Origin: Malacoraja senta
Taxonomy: Eukaryota
NCBI GenBank assembly: GCA_038087875.1
Contig: JAXLNO010000182.1
Location: 1-64,000, forward strand
DNA: 64,000 nucleotides
Direction: 5' to 3'
Numbering within the stretch: the stretch's first letter is position 1; every line of letters starts with the position of its first letter. This document shows positions 48,858-61,970 of this stretch, one piece after another. A program made the position numbers and the translations under genes. Under the pieces are notes generated by a model. It had not been told where the DNA came from. It did no database searches and saw only the letters and a program-made list of their open reading frames with translations.

Positions 48858-50252
48858 CTAAAAAGTAAAAGAAAATTAAAAAGGTTTAAATTCTCAAGAT
48901 CTGATCAGTTCATTCAAATAAAATTAAGGATGCACATTCAATTAAGGGCAGCACAAGGCGCAGTGGTAGATTTTCTGCCTTACAGGGCCAGAGACTGGGT
49001 TTGATCCTGACTATGGGTGCTGTCTATATGTTGGGTGCAATGGATGTCCCATTACTATGGGTGCAGTTTATATGTTCTCCCTGTGACCATGTGGTTTTTC
49101 TCCGAGTGCTCCGGTTTCCTCTCACATCTCAAAGATGTGCAGGTTGGTAGGTTAATTGGCTTCTGTAAATTGTCCCAAGTGGGCAGGAAATAACTAGTTT
49201 CAGTGTGATTGTTGGTTGACGTAGACTCGGTGGGTGGAAAGGCCCGTTTTCACATTGCATCTCTAAACTAAAATAAAATAAATTGAGCGTTTTACGACAC
49301 TAATAAAAAAACTTGTGGTGGGATTCTTCTTCCGAGGGATGATAGAAACAAAATGGAGAAAGATTGTTGAGTTGAGTGATGGGAAGGTGAGGAAAGAGGG
49401 GGGAAATGAATAGTGAGTCATGGCTCAGGTGCAGAGAAGCTGTCAAAGTGTACCTCAGAATGATCATGGAATTTAGATGAGGGAAGACACATATCACATC
49501 TATAAATAGGAATTGCTGCTCCTTCAAAAAAATAAAATAGATTAATGGGTGTTGCACTCCAGACCTCAGTCTTGCAAATTAAACATAGACGTTACAATAT
49601 TTAATTAGCTATTAGCCAATATAGGAGCATGCATTTTTTACACTGGCATAGACCAACTATCCCTTTAGTCTTTTAACGCCACAATTTCTTGGGTTATTTC
49701 CACCTTATTTAAAAGGAACCTCCAGAAGCTGGGCACAGTCCGATTCACCTCTACTGCTCTGTGAACAGTGGACTTTGTCTATGGAACTGATGACTAAATC
49801 CTGTGCCCTGTACCTTCCCTTTTTGCTCTACCTATTGTACTTGAGTTTAACTTGATTGTATATATCTGATCTATGAGGATAGCATGAAAAACAAAGCTTT
49901 ACACTGTATCCAGGAACACATGATCCTAAACCAATGTTTAGTTTAGTTTAGAGATATATCATGGAATCAGGCCCTCCGGCCCACAAAGTCGTCGCCAACC
50001 AACAATCAACCATACACTTGTTCTCTGCTACACACCAGCGACAATTTCAGAAATCAATTAACCTACAAACCTGCACGTCTTTGGAATGTGACAGGAAACC
50101 GGAGAAAACCCACGCGGTCACAGGGAGAACATAAAAAGCCTGTACAGACAGCACCCGTAGTCAGGATCGAACCTGGGTCTCTGGTGCTGTAAGGTAGCAA
50201 CTCAGCAACTCTACCACTGCACCACCGTGCCGTCCTATGTGATGGGCTGAAG

Positions 50253-50603
50253 CAGGGTGGGGAACATGCGGCCTTTTAGGCCATTAAGTGCGGCCTTTTG
50301 AATGAATCCAAATTTTGTAGAACAAATCCTTTTATTTTTATTAATATGTTTTTGTTCGTCTTCTTATTTTTTATTTTAATCTTAAAATGAACGTATTTAA
50401 AATACCAAAGAGTAAAAGAAGATTCAACGAAATAATCCTCCCCGACTCCCCCACAATTAAAACATAAGTAAGTCATGAGGGCTATTTTAACAAAAATAAT
50501 GTACATTTTGAAGTATATCTGATTGAAGTATCTCGGATGCGGCCTTATTAAATTACAGCTAACTTAATGCGGCATTCCAACATGAAAAGGTTCCCCACCC
50601 CTG
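50253..50603. mobile_element. hAT (Charlie-type) MITE
   Basis: TIRs CAGGGTGGGGAAC / GTTCCCCACCCCTG. Perfect 8-bp TSD GGCTGAAG at 50245-50252 and 50604-50611. Confidence 0.92.
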
Positions 50604-52226
50604 GGCTGAAGTCATGTGTAGACTAGACTGGACATGGAAGGTAGATTCCTTCCCAGTCCAGCAAGGTAGATTATAATTCATAGAAATATAGGAGCAGGAA
50701 TAGGACATTTAACCCTTCAAAACTGTTCCCACCATTCAATATGATCATGGGGGGATCACTGACTTTCTCTGTTTCAATATTTGCCCCATTTCCGCTGATC
50801 CTACTAACTCAGAGAAATACAGAAATCCACGATGAACAAATTTAATGATTTTGTTGCAACTGCGTCCTGCGGTAGATAACTCGACAGACACACTACGGTC
50901 TTGGGAGAAAAATAACCTGCCTCATCTCAGTCTTAAACGTATCACACCTTATATTTATACTGGGTTCTGGATTTCAGAAATATCCTTCCTGTATCTAACC
51001 TTTCCAATCCTGATAGAATTAGAGTCATAGAGTGATACAGTGTGGAAACAGGCTGTTCGGCCCAACTTGCCCAAACCGGCCAACATGTCCCAGCTACACT
51101 AGTCCCACCTGCCTGCGTTTGGTCCATAACCCTCCAAACCTGTCCTATCCATACACCTGTCTAACTGTTTCTTAAACGTTGGGATAGTCCCATCCTCAAC
51201 TACCTTTTCCAGCAGCTTGTTCCATACACCCACCACCCTTTATGTGAAAAAGTTACCCTCAAATTTCTATTAAATCTTTTCCTTTCACCTTAAACCTATG
51301 TCATCTGGTCCTCGATTCACCTATTCTGGGCAAGAGATTCTGAATATACACTCTGTGCATGTGTATGGTATATCTGTGAATTCTGCGAGTTCCTCTGTCA
51401 TTCTTCTAAACTATCATGAAATCAAGCCTTCATTCATCAGTCCTGCCGTCTCAGGGATCAGGAAATCTTCACTGAACTCCCTCCATAGCAAGAACATCCT
51501 TCCTTAGACAAGGAGATTAAAAATGTATACAATACTCAAAGGTGCAAACTTACCAAGACTCTGTACATAAGACCATAAGACACAGGAGCAGAATTAGGCC
51601 ATTCTGCACATTGAGTCTGGTCTGCCAATCAATCATAGGTGATCTATTTTTCCCTCTCAACCCCATTCTATTGCTATCTCATTGTAACCAATAACGCTCA
51701 ACCTAATCAATAACCTATCAATTTCTGCCTTAAAAATAACCAATGTCTTGGCCTCTATGGATGTTTGTGCCAATTGTACCAAAAGTCACAGATTCACCAC
51801 CCTCTGGCTAAAACAATTCATCCAACTCCATTGTGAAGGTACATCCTTTTATCCCGAGGCTGAGCCCTCTGGTTCTAGACGCTCCCAATACTGGAAACGT
51901 CCTTGGAAACAGTTGAAGCAAGACCTCCCTGCTCCTATTCTTAAATCCTCTCACCATGAGCACAAGCAAATAACAGTTGGAGTTGACCACTCGGCCCTCA
52001 ATCCTACCCCATACATTCAATATCATCATGGGTGATCTATGCTGGTCTGGACACCTCTTTTGTGCAGAGGTGCAACAAGAGTGTCTCAAGGTAAAAAACG
52101 CAACATTTTGATGCAAGCTCTTCCATCGACTGACAGAAATTAGGTAACAGAAATGTGAAATAATGAAGCAGAATGGTGAAGGTCCATTGCATGTTTCACA
52201 AGCGTGGGCTGCCTGCTGCTTCTTAC

Positions 52227-52460
52227 CTGAAGCATCTCCTGGGGCTCCCCGTAGCTCAGTTGCAGCTGCACATCCCGGATGGTTCGCTCGAACGTGCAGG
52301 CTTCCAGGCAGATCTTTGCCAGGTCCTCTTGCAAGGGCTGAACCGTCCTGCACACCTCTTCATCGATCTTCACCTCCAGCTCCTGCTTCCTCGCGTCCAG
52401 GAATCGGTAGATGCTGGATAGATCGACCTCGACCCGCTCCTTCAGCAGTCGGCCCTTGTC
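52227..52460 (-). CDS. TRIM B exon 3 (coiled coil), 234 nt
   Basis: CTACACAG|GACAAG...CTTCAG|GTAAGA. Encodes DKGRLLKERVEVDLSSIYRFLDARKQELEVKIDEE...QEMLQ. Confidence 0.9.
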
Positions 52461-54033
52461 CTGTGTAGAAACAGCAAGATCAGTGGGTTTAGGTTTATTA
52501 TTGACACCATGTACAGTGAAAAGCTTTGTTTTGCTGCCGTCCACACAGATCAGATATACAATACCAGATATATCAGTTATACAGTAAACCCTCGCTGTAA
52601 CGGACCACAGCGGGAGATGGTGTCTGTTATTACTCATTGTCCACTAATACCCAATGAGGGGTTTAATATGAACAACAATATTGGAAAACAGCCGACAAAC
52701 ATCCACTCCACAATAAATAGTAAAGGACACACAATACAGGAGGATGGCACAGTGGCACCACAGTAGTTGCTACCTTACAGCGCCAGAGACCAGAGTTTGA
52801 TCCTGGGGGCTTCCTGCGACAGTGTGGGTTTTCTCCGGTTTCCTCCCGCTGGGCGGAGACGTGCACGTTTGTGGTTTGATTGGCTTCTGTGGGTTGTGGG
52901 GGTTCTGTGGATCACTGGTGGGGCTGCTGCTTCAGGCACGGATTCGATCCAGGCCTGGGGTGCTCCTTGAGGTCGTGTGTGTTTCCTCAAGGTGCTCCGT
53001 GCACTGGTTCTATACTACACACCGGATTGTCCCCAGTGTGTGGGGTGGAGCTGGTGTACCGGAGTGCTCAGAATCAGGCCCCGGGTCCCTGACGCTGTGG
53101 GGCAGGGATCTGCTGGCGGCTCACACACAGTTGGGCTGCAGGCCTGCACATCTTTGTGGCTGAGTGTAGGGGAAATGGGGGGGGGGGGGGATCCAGCAGA
53201 ACCCCATGCTGTCACAATGTCTTTGTCTTAACACTGTGGGTGCAAAGAGAACCACTGCGATTATTCTACCCTACACACTGTCAATTGTCTCTGGTTTGTA
53301 GGATGGAACGAGTGTATGGGTGATCTCTGATAGAAACACTGTGGTGGCTCTATCCTACACACTGTTATCTGTCCCTTGTGTGTAGGATAGGACGTGTATG
53401 AGGATCGTTGACTCGGTGTTTCCATGCTGTATCTCTAAACTAAACTAAAATGGATCTAGTGGAAACATCCTCTCCACATCCACTCTATCCAGGCCTCTCG
53501 GGTTGAGATGAAAAAAACTGATGGGATGAGATAAAAGGATTGAAGAATTGCAAATTGTGAAACCAGAGGAAGGAATGTAAGTGGAGGGAAATAAATTGGT
53601 GCGTCGCGGAGGTGGGGTGGGGTGTTCAGGCAGGAGAAACAATATCTTTACCATCAAGCCCTGTGAATATGATGTACACGTCAACAAGACCGGCATGGTG
53701 GAGCAGGGGTAGAACTACTGCCTCACAGCAACACAGACCCACGAGTTCAATCCTGACTATCGCTGCTGTCTGTACAGTTTGTGCATTCTCCCCATGACCT
53801 GCGTGTGTTCTCTCTGGGAGCTCCGGTTTCCTGCCACATTCCAGAGACGTACAAATTTGTAGATTAATTGGCCAGTAAAATTGTAAATTGCCCCTAGTGT
53901 GTGTAGGACAGTGTCAGTGTGCAGGGATCCCTGGTCGGCACGGACTCGATGGGCCTGTTTCCCTGCTATATCTCTAAACTGAACTACCTGCAAGTTCAAC
54001 TTCAAAACTAAACCTGGTTACAAGAAATCGTAC

Positions 54034-54129
54034 CTTGATTTTATAAATCTTTGCTTCTTGTTGGCTCTGACTGTGACATGTTTGCTCCTTTTGGATCTGG
54101 AGAAAATCTGTGAATTTTTCCAACCTGTC
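54034..54129 (-). CDS. TRIM B exon 2 (coiled coil), 96 nt
   Basis: TTTTCACCAG|GACAGG...ATCAAG|GTACGA. Encodes DRLEKFTDFLQIQKEQTCHSQSQQEAKIYKIK. Confidence 0.88.
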
Positions 54130-55734
54130 CTGGTGAAAAGGTGTACAGTATTAGTGCAGGCACTGACAGATTACTGAGCAGAATAAGCACGTCAACAAAA
54201 GGCAACACAAACACAGAATATGCCACAAAATACACGCCAGGCCAGAGCATTTCCATGGAAGTGAAGTCTTTAATGTCATAATCTTCAGCCACATAGGACA
54301 GTTTAAAACACATTGCTGCCTCACAGCCCCAGAGACCTGGGATAGATCCTGACATCTGCTGCCGTCTGTTTCAGTTTAGTTTATTGTCACGTGGACCGAG
54401 GTACAGTGAAAAGTTTTTGTTGCGCACTAACCAGTCGGCTGAAAGACAATACATGATTAATGTGTGGAGTTTGCACGTCCTCCCTGTGGCCATGTTGGTT
54501 TCTTCTGGGAGCTGCAGTTTCCTCCCACATCTCTAAAACATGTTGGTTTGTACCCGTTTAATCGACCTCTATAAGTTGCTCCTAGTGTGTGGGTGAGTGG
54601 CTGAGGAAGTGGGATAACATAGATCTGGTGTGAACGGGTGATCGATTGCTGGCGTGGATTTAGAGAGCCGAAGAGTCTGTATCCATGCTGTATCTTTCAA
54701 TGATTTGGTGATTCAACTTCAACAGGCAAACTGCAAACTCAGCACAACATGAAGTGCTGAAGTAACTCAGTGGGTCAGGCAGCATCAGTGGAGGGAACGG
54801 ACAGGCGAGTTTCAGCTATGGACCCTTCTTCAGGCTGAAAACTGTAAGCAGAGGGTGTGTGCAGTGAGTGCTTCTCATTCTTTCTTCTGGATGTGACTCT
54901 CAGCCATCTTTGCTCCAGATATGGAAGGGCAGGAGACCATAACAGTAGCATGAGCAGGCCACTCAGCCCCTCAAGTCCAGCCCCCCATTCAACTATTCTT
55001 ATTTATCAACATTGTCGTTACCCCTCCAATATTTCTCACAGCTGAAAAAAATCACATTAATGTTTTCTGGATGGGGAGGGGCTTGAGTTATAACAAGAGA
55101 TTGGGAAGGTGATTGACATTTTTATTTAAACAAAGTTTATAAAATTCTGAGGGACACAAACAGGGTAGATAGTCAGCATCTTTATCCTGAACTTTCAAAT
55201 ATTTTTTCCATCTCCAACTTAAATGTCTGATGACCCAGCCTCCACCACCCTCAGGCACAGAATTCCAGAGATTCACCACCCTCTGAGACAAGGATGGCAC
55301 AGTGGCAGTAAGATAATTGAATTCTCAATGATACTCCAAGTCCAATGATAGCATTTACAACTTGTTATTTAGGCATGTGGTTACATGGTATCAGAGTGAA
55401 GCATTCTAATAGGAAAAGTTTCTTGATGCAACTACCAGTTATACATTGCAGAAACATGGAACTGCAGACGCTGGTTTACAAAAACAGTCACAAAGTGCTG
55501 GAGTAACTCAGAAGGTCACACAGCACCTCTGGAGAAGTGACGTTTCAGACCTATATTCAGACTGGATACAAAGTGTTGGATTAACTCAGCAGGTCTGAAG
55601 AAGGATCCCGACCTGAAACACCTACAATGATTCAATAATACTTTATTGTCACATGTACCTAGGTATAGTGAAATTCTTTGTTGTTGCACACAATCGTTGT
55701 TGTGGAGTAACATTGTTGTTTTCACCCAGAAGGT

Positions 55735-56055
55735 GGCGGCACGGTGGTACAGCGGTAGAGTAGCTGCCTTACAGCGCTGCAGCGCCGGAGACCCGGGTTC
55801 CATCCCGACTATGGGTGCTGTCTGCACCGACTTTGTACGTTCTCCCTGTGACATGCGTGGGTTTTCTCCAAGATCTTCCGTTTCCCCCCACACTCCAAAG
55901 ACGTACAGGTATGGAAGGTAAATTGGCTTGGTAAATTGTGAAAATTGTCCCTAGTGTGTGTCGGAGAGTGTTGATATGCAGGGATCGCTGGTCAACATGG
56001 ACCCGGTGGGCTGAAGGGCCTGTTTCTCTGTATCTCTGAACTAAACTAAAAACTA
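55735..56055 (+). mobile_element. HE1/V-SINE full-length copy
   Basis: GGCGGCACGGTGGTACAGCGG head, GGGTTCCATCCC B box, V-domain and CTAAA tail. Confidence 0.88.
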
Positions 56056-58079
56056 AATCCGGTAAATCCTACAACAGACTTCACCATGGCAGTACACAAA
56101 GATGCACCACATATCTGGCACTGACAAAGTTTCTATCTAGGTTCTCCAGAGATGATGCCTGACCTACTGAGTTACTCCAGCACTTTGTGAGATTTTTTTT
56201 AAACCAGCTATACATTCTGGCGGTCCCCAGCTATTACTTCCCTTTTCTTCCTATTTGTACCCTGTCATTATTCGAGATTATGCTTATTTTATGATTTGTT
56301 TAACTCCAACTAGCATGGAATATGCAGACTCTCTGCCACTCCCCCATAAATGGGAATCTCTCCCCTCTATTAGAGCAGCTTTCAGATTGTCTGACCAACC
56401 GAGTTGTATTGTTTACACCCGAGTTTACTTGCAGCCATATCTTGGCAACAAGCAATTTGTAGTTCACACTCCACCCCCACCCCCCCACCCCCCTTTAGTG
56501 GTCACAGCCTCAGTATTAAAGGACGTTCATTTAGGAAGGAGATGAGGAGGAATTTCTTTAGACAGAGGGTGGTGAATCTGTGGAATTCTGTCACAGAAGG
56601 CTGTGGAGGTCAAGTCAATGGATATTTTGAAGGCAGAGATAGATAGATTCTTGATTAGTACAAGTGTCAGGGGTTATGGGGAGAAGACAGGAGAATGGGG
56701 TTAGGAGGGACAGATAGATCAGCCATGATTGAATGGTGGAGTTGATTCATTGGGCTAAGTGGCCTAATTCTGCTCATATCACTTATGACATAATCACACC
56801 GATCTTCTCAGCCAAGTCCAGAACCAGGTCCACACACAGCCCCAAACTCAGGAGTACTTTACTGGAAGGTCTTCTCCTTCTTTTCAGTCCATCTTGTTAC
56901 AAATGTTGGCCTCGCTGTCATTGTCCGCCCTGAAAATGATGCAAGCGTCCGGCGACAATCAGTGGGAGCCATCATTTGTCGCAATAGATGATGGTGGTAG
57001 CAGAATTAGCGCAGGATACTTCCAGTTTCCAGCCCCGCGACTGGAAGGTACATTCGTATTACTGTAACACCGGGGGACAGGTCTGCCTTTGCACAACAAA
57101 GCAATGGATACAGGCATGTATAACACAGAGGGAACAATGCTGATGAGGGCGGGTCTGTCACTGTGCTGGAAAAACTGAGCAGGTCAGGCAGCATCTGTGG
57201 AGGGAAATGGACCATTGACGTTCTGTTTAGGACCTTGCGGGGGGGCTGTTGCCAAGTGCATCGGCAAGCAGAAGATAGTGACCTTTTGTAACATTGTCGC
57301 TGCCAGTAACGTGGTGAACTGCCTTGGTGAGGTCTGCTGTATGATTTTACCAGGTTGTATCCAAAACAAAACAATTCACTGTTCCCTGGTGCGTGTGACA
57401 ATAAAGTATAATTTAATCTCATCATTCTTCAGACAAATCACTAGATGTTATTGCCGGGTTAGCTTCCTGTGACCCAGGAAAACATTAACTTTGAAGATCA
57501 ATTTTTATTCAGCACTTTATCAAGTTATTTGCCAATATTATTTTCCACCACATTGTATCCCATCAGCCATGTTACAAATGTGGGCAGCATTTTCTAGATG
57601 TTGGGGGTTGAAGGGGGAGATCTGATAGAAGTATATAAAATTATAAGAGGCATAAATAGGGAAGAGAATCAAAACCCTTTCCAAAGGGTGGAAATGCCCA
57701 AGACGAGAGGGCAGAGCTTCAAGGTCAGAGACAGAAATATTAAAGGAAATATGTGAGGAAAGTGTTTTTGTTTACACAGAGAGGTGGTGGATATCTGACA
57801 GGGGTAACGGTGGAGACTGATATGATAGTGGCTAAGTGGCATTAAGATAAGCACATGCAGGGAATGGAGGGATATGGATCAGGTTCAGGTAGAGGAGAAT
57901 AGTTTAACTTGCCATACTGTTCGGCACAGACATTGTGGGCTGAAGGGCCGGTACCTGTACTATATTTTTTCAATATTCTTGCTCACAGTCAATATCCCTT
58001 TTGAAGTTTCCTTGTATCAAATCACAACCTCACCTCTTCCTTCCACCAGCTTTTTCCATTGCTGCCCGTTTATCTCCCT

Positions 58080-60292
58080 CCTAGGTAGGAAAAGGGATGA
58101 GGTCCTGCGGAGTGAATACAGGGAGTTAGGCAAAAGGCTAAAGTGCAGGATCTCCAGGGTAGTAATCTCTGGTCTGCTCCCAGTGCCACGTGCTAGTGAG
58201 GGCAAGAACAGGATGATAGGATGTGAATGAGCAGCTGAGGAGTTAGTGCAGGGGGCAGGGATTCAGATTCTTGGACCATTGGAGTCTGTTCTGGGGCAGA
58301 GGTGACCTGTGGAAGAGGGATGGGTTGCAGCTGAACTGGAGGGGAACCAATATCCTGGCAAGTATGTTAACTAGTGCTACTCATGTTGGTTTTTAACTAG
58401 ATTGGCAGGGGGATGTGATCCAAAGCAGGAGTGATGCAGGTCAGAGGCTGGAGGTTGATGAAGGCAAGGTCTGTATGCAGGAGCAAAGCTGGGAGTGAGC
58501 AAGTACTGTTGGATTCATTAGCATCTATTTCAATGCAAAAGGCGTGCTGGGTTAGGTGGATGAAAACAGGGCATGGATAGGTAGGTACGTGCGACTGGAA
58601 TGTTATAGCCGTTACGGAAGCCTGGTTAAGGGAGGGACAGGACTGGCAGCTTAATGTTTCAGGGACAAACACACAATGCTGGAGTAACTCAGCAGGTCAG
58701 GCAACATCTCTGGAGAAATGGCATAGATGACGTTTCTGTTCAAGACCCTTCTTCAGACCTGAATTATTTTATTCAATTGCGATTCCTTTTCTCCAGGGAT
58801 GCTACCTGACCCTGAGTTATTCCAGCATTTTGTGCCTATCGTTGGTGTAAACCAACATCTAAGCAGGTCTGAAGAAGGGCCTCAACACGAAACGTCACCT
58901 ATTCCTTTTCTCAAGAGATGCTGTCTGACCCGCTGAGTTACTCCAGCTTTTGCATCTCAATTCCTTCCAACACATTAACGTTTCAGTGTACAGATGCTGA
59001 AGGCAAGATAGAGGTGTGGGTAAAAGAGAAGGGACAGTTGCTTTACTGATTAAGGAGAACTTCATGGCAATTATTTGGGGTGAAGTGAATGATGATTCGT
59101 CCAGTGAGGCTATATGGGTGGAGCTGAGAAATAAAAAGGGGATGATCACCTTGTTGAGAGTGTACTACATGCTGCCAAATAGCCAACATGATTAAGAGCT
59201 AATATGCCAGGCGATTGCAGGCAGTTGCGAGAATAACGTTGTCATAGTAGGGGATTTTAACCTTCCCAATATAGACTAGGAATGCCACAGCATCAAGGGC
59301 TTAGACGGGATGGAATTTGTCAAATGTGTTCAGGAAAGTCTCCTCAGCCAATATGTAGAGGCTCCTAATATGCAGAGGGCAAAGCTTGACCTACTCTTAG
59401 GAAATTTGGATGGGCAAGTGACTGAAGTGTCAGAGGGTGAGCATTTTGGGACATCGACCACAATTAAATTAGATTTATGGTTATGGATAAGAGCAGGGCT
59501 GGTCTTCAAGTTAAAGTTCTGAATTGGGGCAAGACCAACTTTGATGGTATTAGCAGATAGATACAAAATGCTGGAATAACACAGAAAAATATGTGCCCTT
59601 CGAGCCAGCACTGCAATTCAATATGATCATCGCTGATCTTCTAAAATCAGTACCCCGTTCCTACTTTCCCCCCATATCCCTTGATTCCTTTAGCTCGAAG
59701 AGCTAAATCTAACTCTCTTGAAAACATCCAGTGAATTGACTTCCACTGCCTTCTGTGGCAGAGCTTTCCACAGATTCACAACTCTCCTGGTGAGACCACA
59801 CCTGGAGTATTGTGTGCTGTTTTGGTCTCCAAATTTGAGGAAGGACATTCTTGCTATTGGGGGAGTGCAGGTAGGTTCACAAGGTTAATTCCCAGGTTGG
59901 CTGGACTGTCATGTTGAAAGAATGGAGCGACTGGGCTTGTATACACTGGAATTTAGAAAGATGAGAGGGGATCTTACTGAAACATACAGCATAAGAATAT
60001 TAAGTGTTTGGACAAGCTAGAGGCTGGAAACATGTTCCTGATGTTGGGGGAGTGCAGAACCAGGGGCCACAGTTTAAGAATAAGGGATAAGCCATTTAGA
60101 ACTTGGATGAAGAAAAACATTTTCACCCAGAGAGTTGTGAATCTGTGGAATTCTCTGCCTCAAATGGCAGTGGAGGCCGATTCTCTGGATGCTTTCAAGA
60201 GAGAGTTAGATAGAGCTCTTAAAGATAGCGGAGTCATGGGATTATGGGGAGAAGGCAGGAACGGGGTACTGATTGTGGATGATCAGCCATGA
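58080..60292 (+). mobile_element. Decayed CR1 LINE pieces (ORF1 esterase end, ORF2 endonuclease, later RT end), with an inverted 3' piece at ~59580-59785
   Basis: EYRELGKRLK..ISRVVISGLLPVPRAS (CR1 ORF1 SGNH-esterase type), VIVGDFNLP, LDLLLGN and FTQRVVNLWNSLP. Confidence 0.8.
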
Positions 60293-61054
60293 CTAATAAT
60301 CTGGAAAGAATGCAGAGAAGATTTACGATGAGGTTGCCAGGATGCGCGGGCCTGAGCTACAGGGAAATATTGGACAAGCAGGCACTTTATTTTGCAGAGC
60401 GCAGGAAGCTAAGGTTATGAGTGATCTTACAAAGGTGTTTAAATTCATGAGAAATTAATAGGGAGAAATCACAGAGTCTTTTACCCATGATAGGGGCATC
60501 AAGAACCGGAGATCATAAGTTTAAGGTGAGCAGGGAAAAGAATTAATAAGAACATGAAGGGCAACATTTTTTCACTCAGAGGGTGGTGGGTGTATGGAAT
60601 AAATTGCCGGAGAAGGTAGTTAAGGCAGGTACAATAACAACATTTAAAGGACACTTGGGCAGGTACATGCACAGGAAAGGTTCAGCTGGACATGGACCCA
60701 ATACAGGCAAATTGGACTAGCTTGGATGGGACATCTTGGACAGCAATGGATGAATTGGGTCAAAGGGCCTGTTTCTGTGCTGCATGAATGTCCATAATCC
60801 TCCCCCCCTCCACCCCCAACACTCAATGAACCACAATCACCCCGTCACCACTCCCTGCACGACAACAACCCTATCATGGAATAGATAGTTTGGATGCATA
60901 GAGTACTTCACCAGGATTAGGGGAATCAAGAACCAGAAGACATAGGTTTAAGGTGAGAGGGGACAAATGTAATAGGAACCCGAATCAGTCACAGAGTGGT
61001 GGGTATATGGACAAGGTATCAGAGGAGGGAGTTGAGGCTGGGACATAGAAATCA

Positions 61055-61970
61055 TACTGAAGGTAGACACAAAATGCTGGAGTAACTCAGTGGGAGAAGC
61101 AGCATCTCTGGAGAGAAGGAACGGGTGACGTTCGGGTCGAGACCCTTCTTCAGACTGATGTCAGCGGAGTGGGCGGTACAGAGATAAAATGGAGACAGTA
61201 AGAACTGGGAAGGGGTGGGGATAGGGAGAGAGGGAAAGCAAGGGCTACTTGAAGTTAGTGAAGTCAATGTTCATACCGCTGGGGTGTAAACTACCCAAGC
61301 GAAATACGAGGTGCTGTTTCTCCAATTTGTGCTGGGCCTCACTCTGACAATGGAGGAGGCCCAGGACAGAAAGGGCAGATTGGGAATGGGAGGGGGAGTT
61401 GAAGTGCTGAGCAACCAGGACATCAGGTAGGTTTAGGCAGACTGAGCAGAGGTGTTCCGCGAAACAATCGCCGAGCCTGCACTTGGTCTCGCCAATATAC
61501 AGGAGTTGACACCGGGAACAGCGGATACAGTATGTAGTTGGAGGAGGTGCAAGTGAACCTCTGCCTCACCTGAAAAGACTGTCAAGGTCCTTGTACGGAG
61601 TCAAGGGGGAAGGTAAAGAGCCAGGTGTTGCATCTCCTGCAGCTGCAGGGAACAGCACTTGGGGAGGTGGTGGTTTGGGTGCGAAGAGACAAGTTGAGTA
61701 GAGAGTTGCGGAGGGAACGGTCTCTGCGGAAAGCAGAATGGGGTTGAGATGGGAAGATGTGGCCAGTAGTGGGATCCTGTTGGAGGTGGCGAAAATGTCG
61801 GAGGATTATATGCTGTGTGTGACGACTGTTGGAGTAGAAGGTGAGGACTAGGGGGACTCTGTCCTTGTTACAAGTGGGGGGAGGGGGAGCAAGAGCGGAG
61901 CTGTGGGATATCGAGGAGACCCCAGTGAGAGGCTCATCTATAATGGAAGAGGGGAACTCCCGTTCCCTAC
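61055..61970 (-). mobile_element. Penelope-like retroelement 3' part with terminal repeat (hammerhead motif ~61124-61157)
   Basis: Homologous along its length to 45195-46255 (DRVPLVLTF, CSCRRCNTW, YIGETKCRLGD). Confidence 0.9.

Noticed and set aside
52580..52670. Possible Tc1/mariner (Tigger-like) MITE, TA-CAGTAAACCCTCG...GAGGGGTTTA
   Set aside because: The right TIR and TA duplication are too degenerate to call.
55735..55812. tRNA-like sequence with A and B boxes (many copies)
   Set aside because: These are SINE heads running into V-domain bodies and tails, with no intact cloverleaf.
56800..56935. Possible extra TRIM B exon after the acceptor-like ATTTTCAG
   Set aside because: It has a TGA at the fourth codon in phase 0, and the canonical 96-nt exon 2 is found at 54034-54129.
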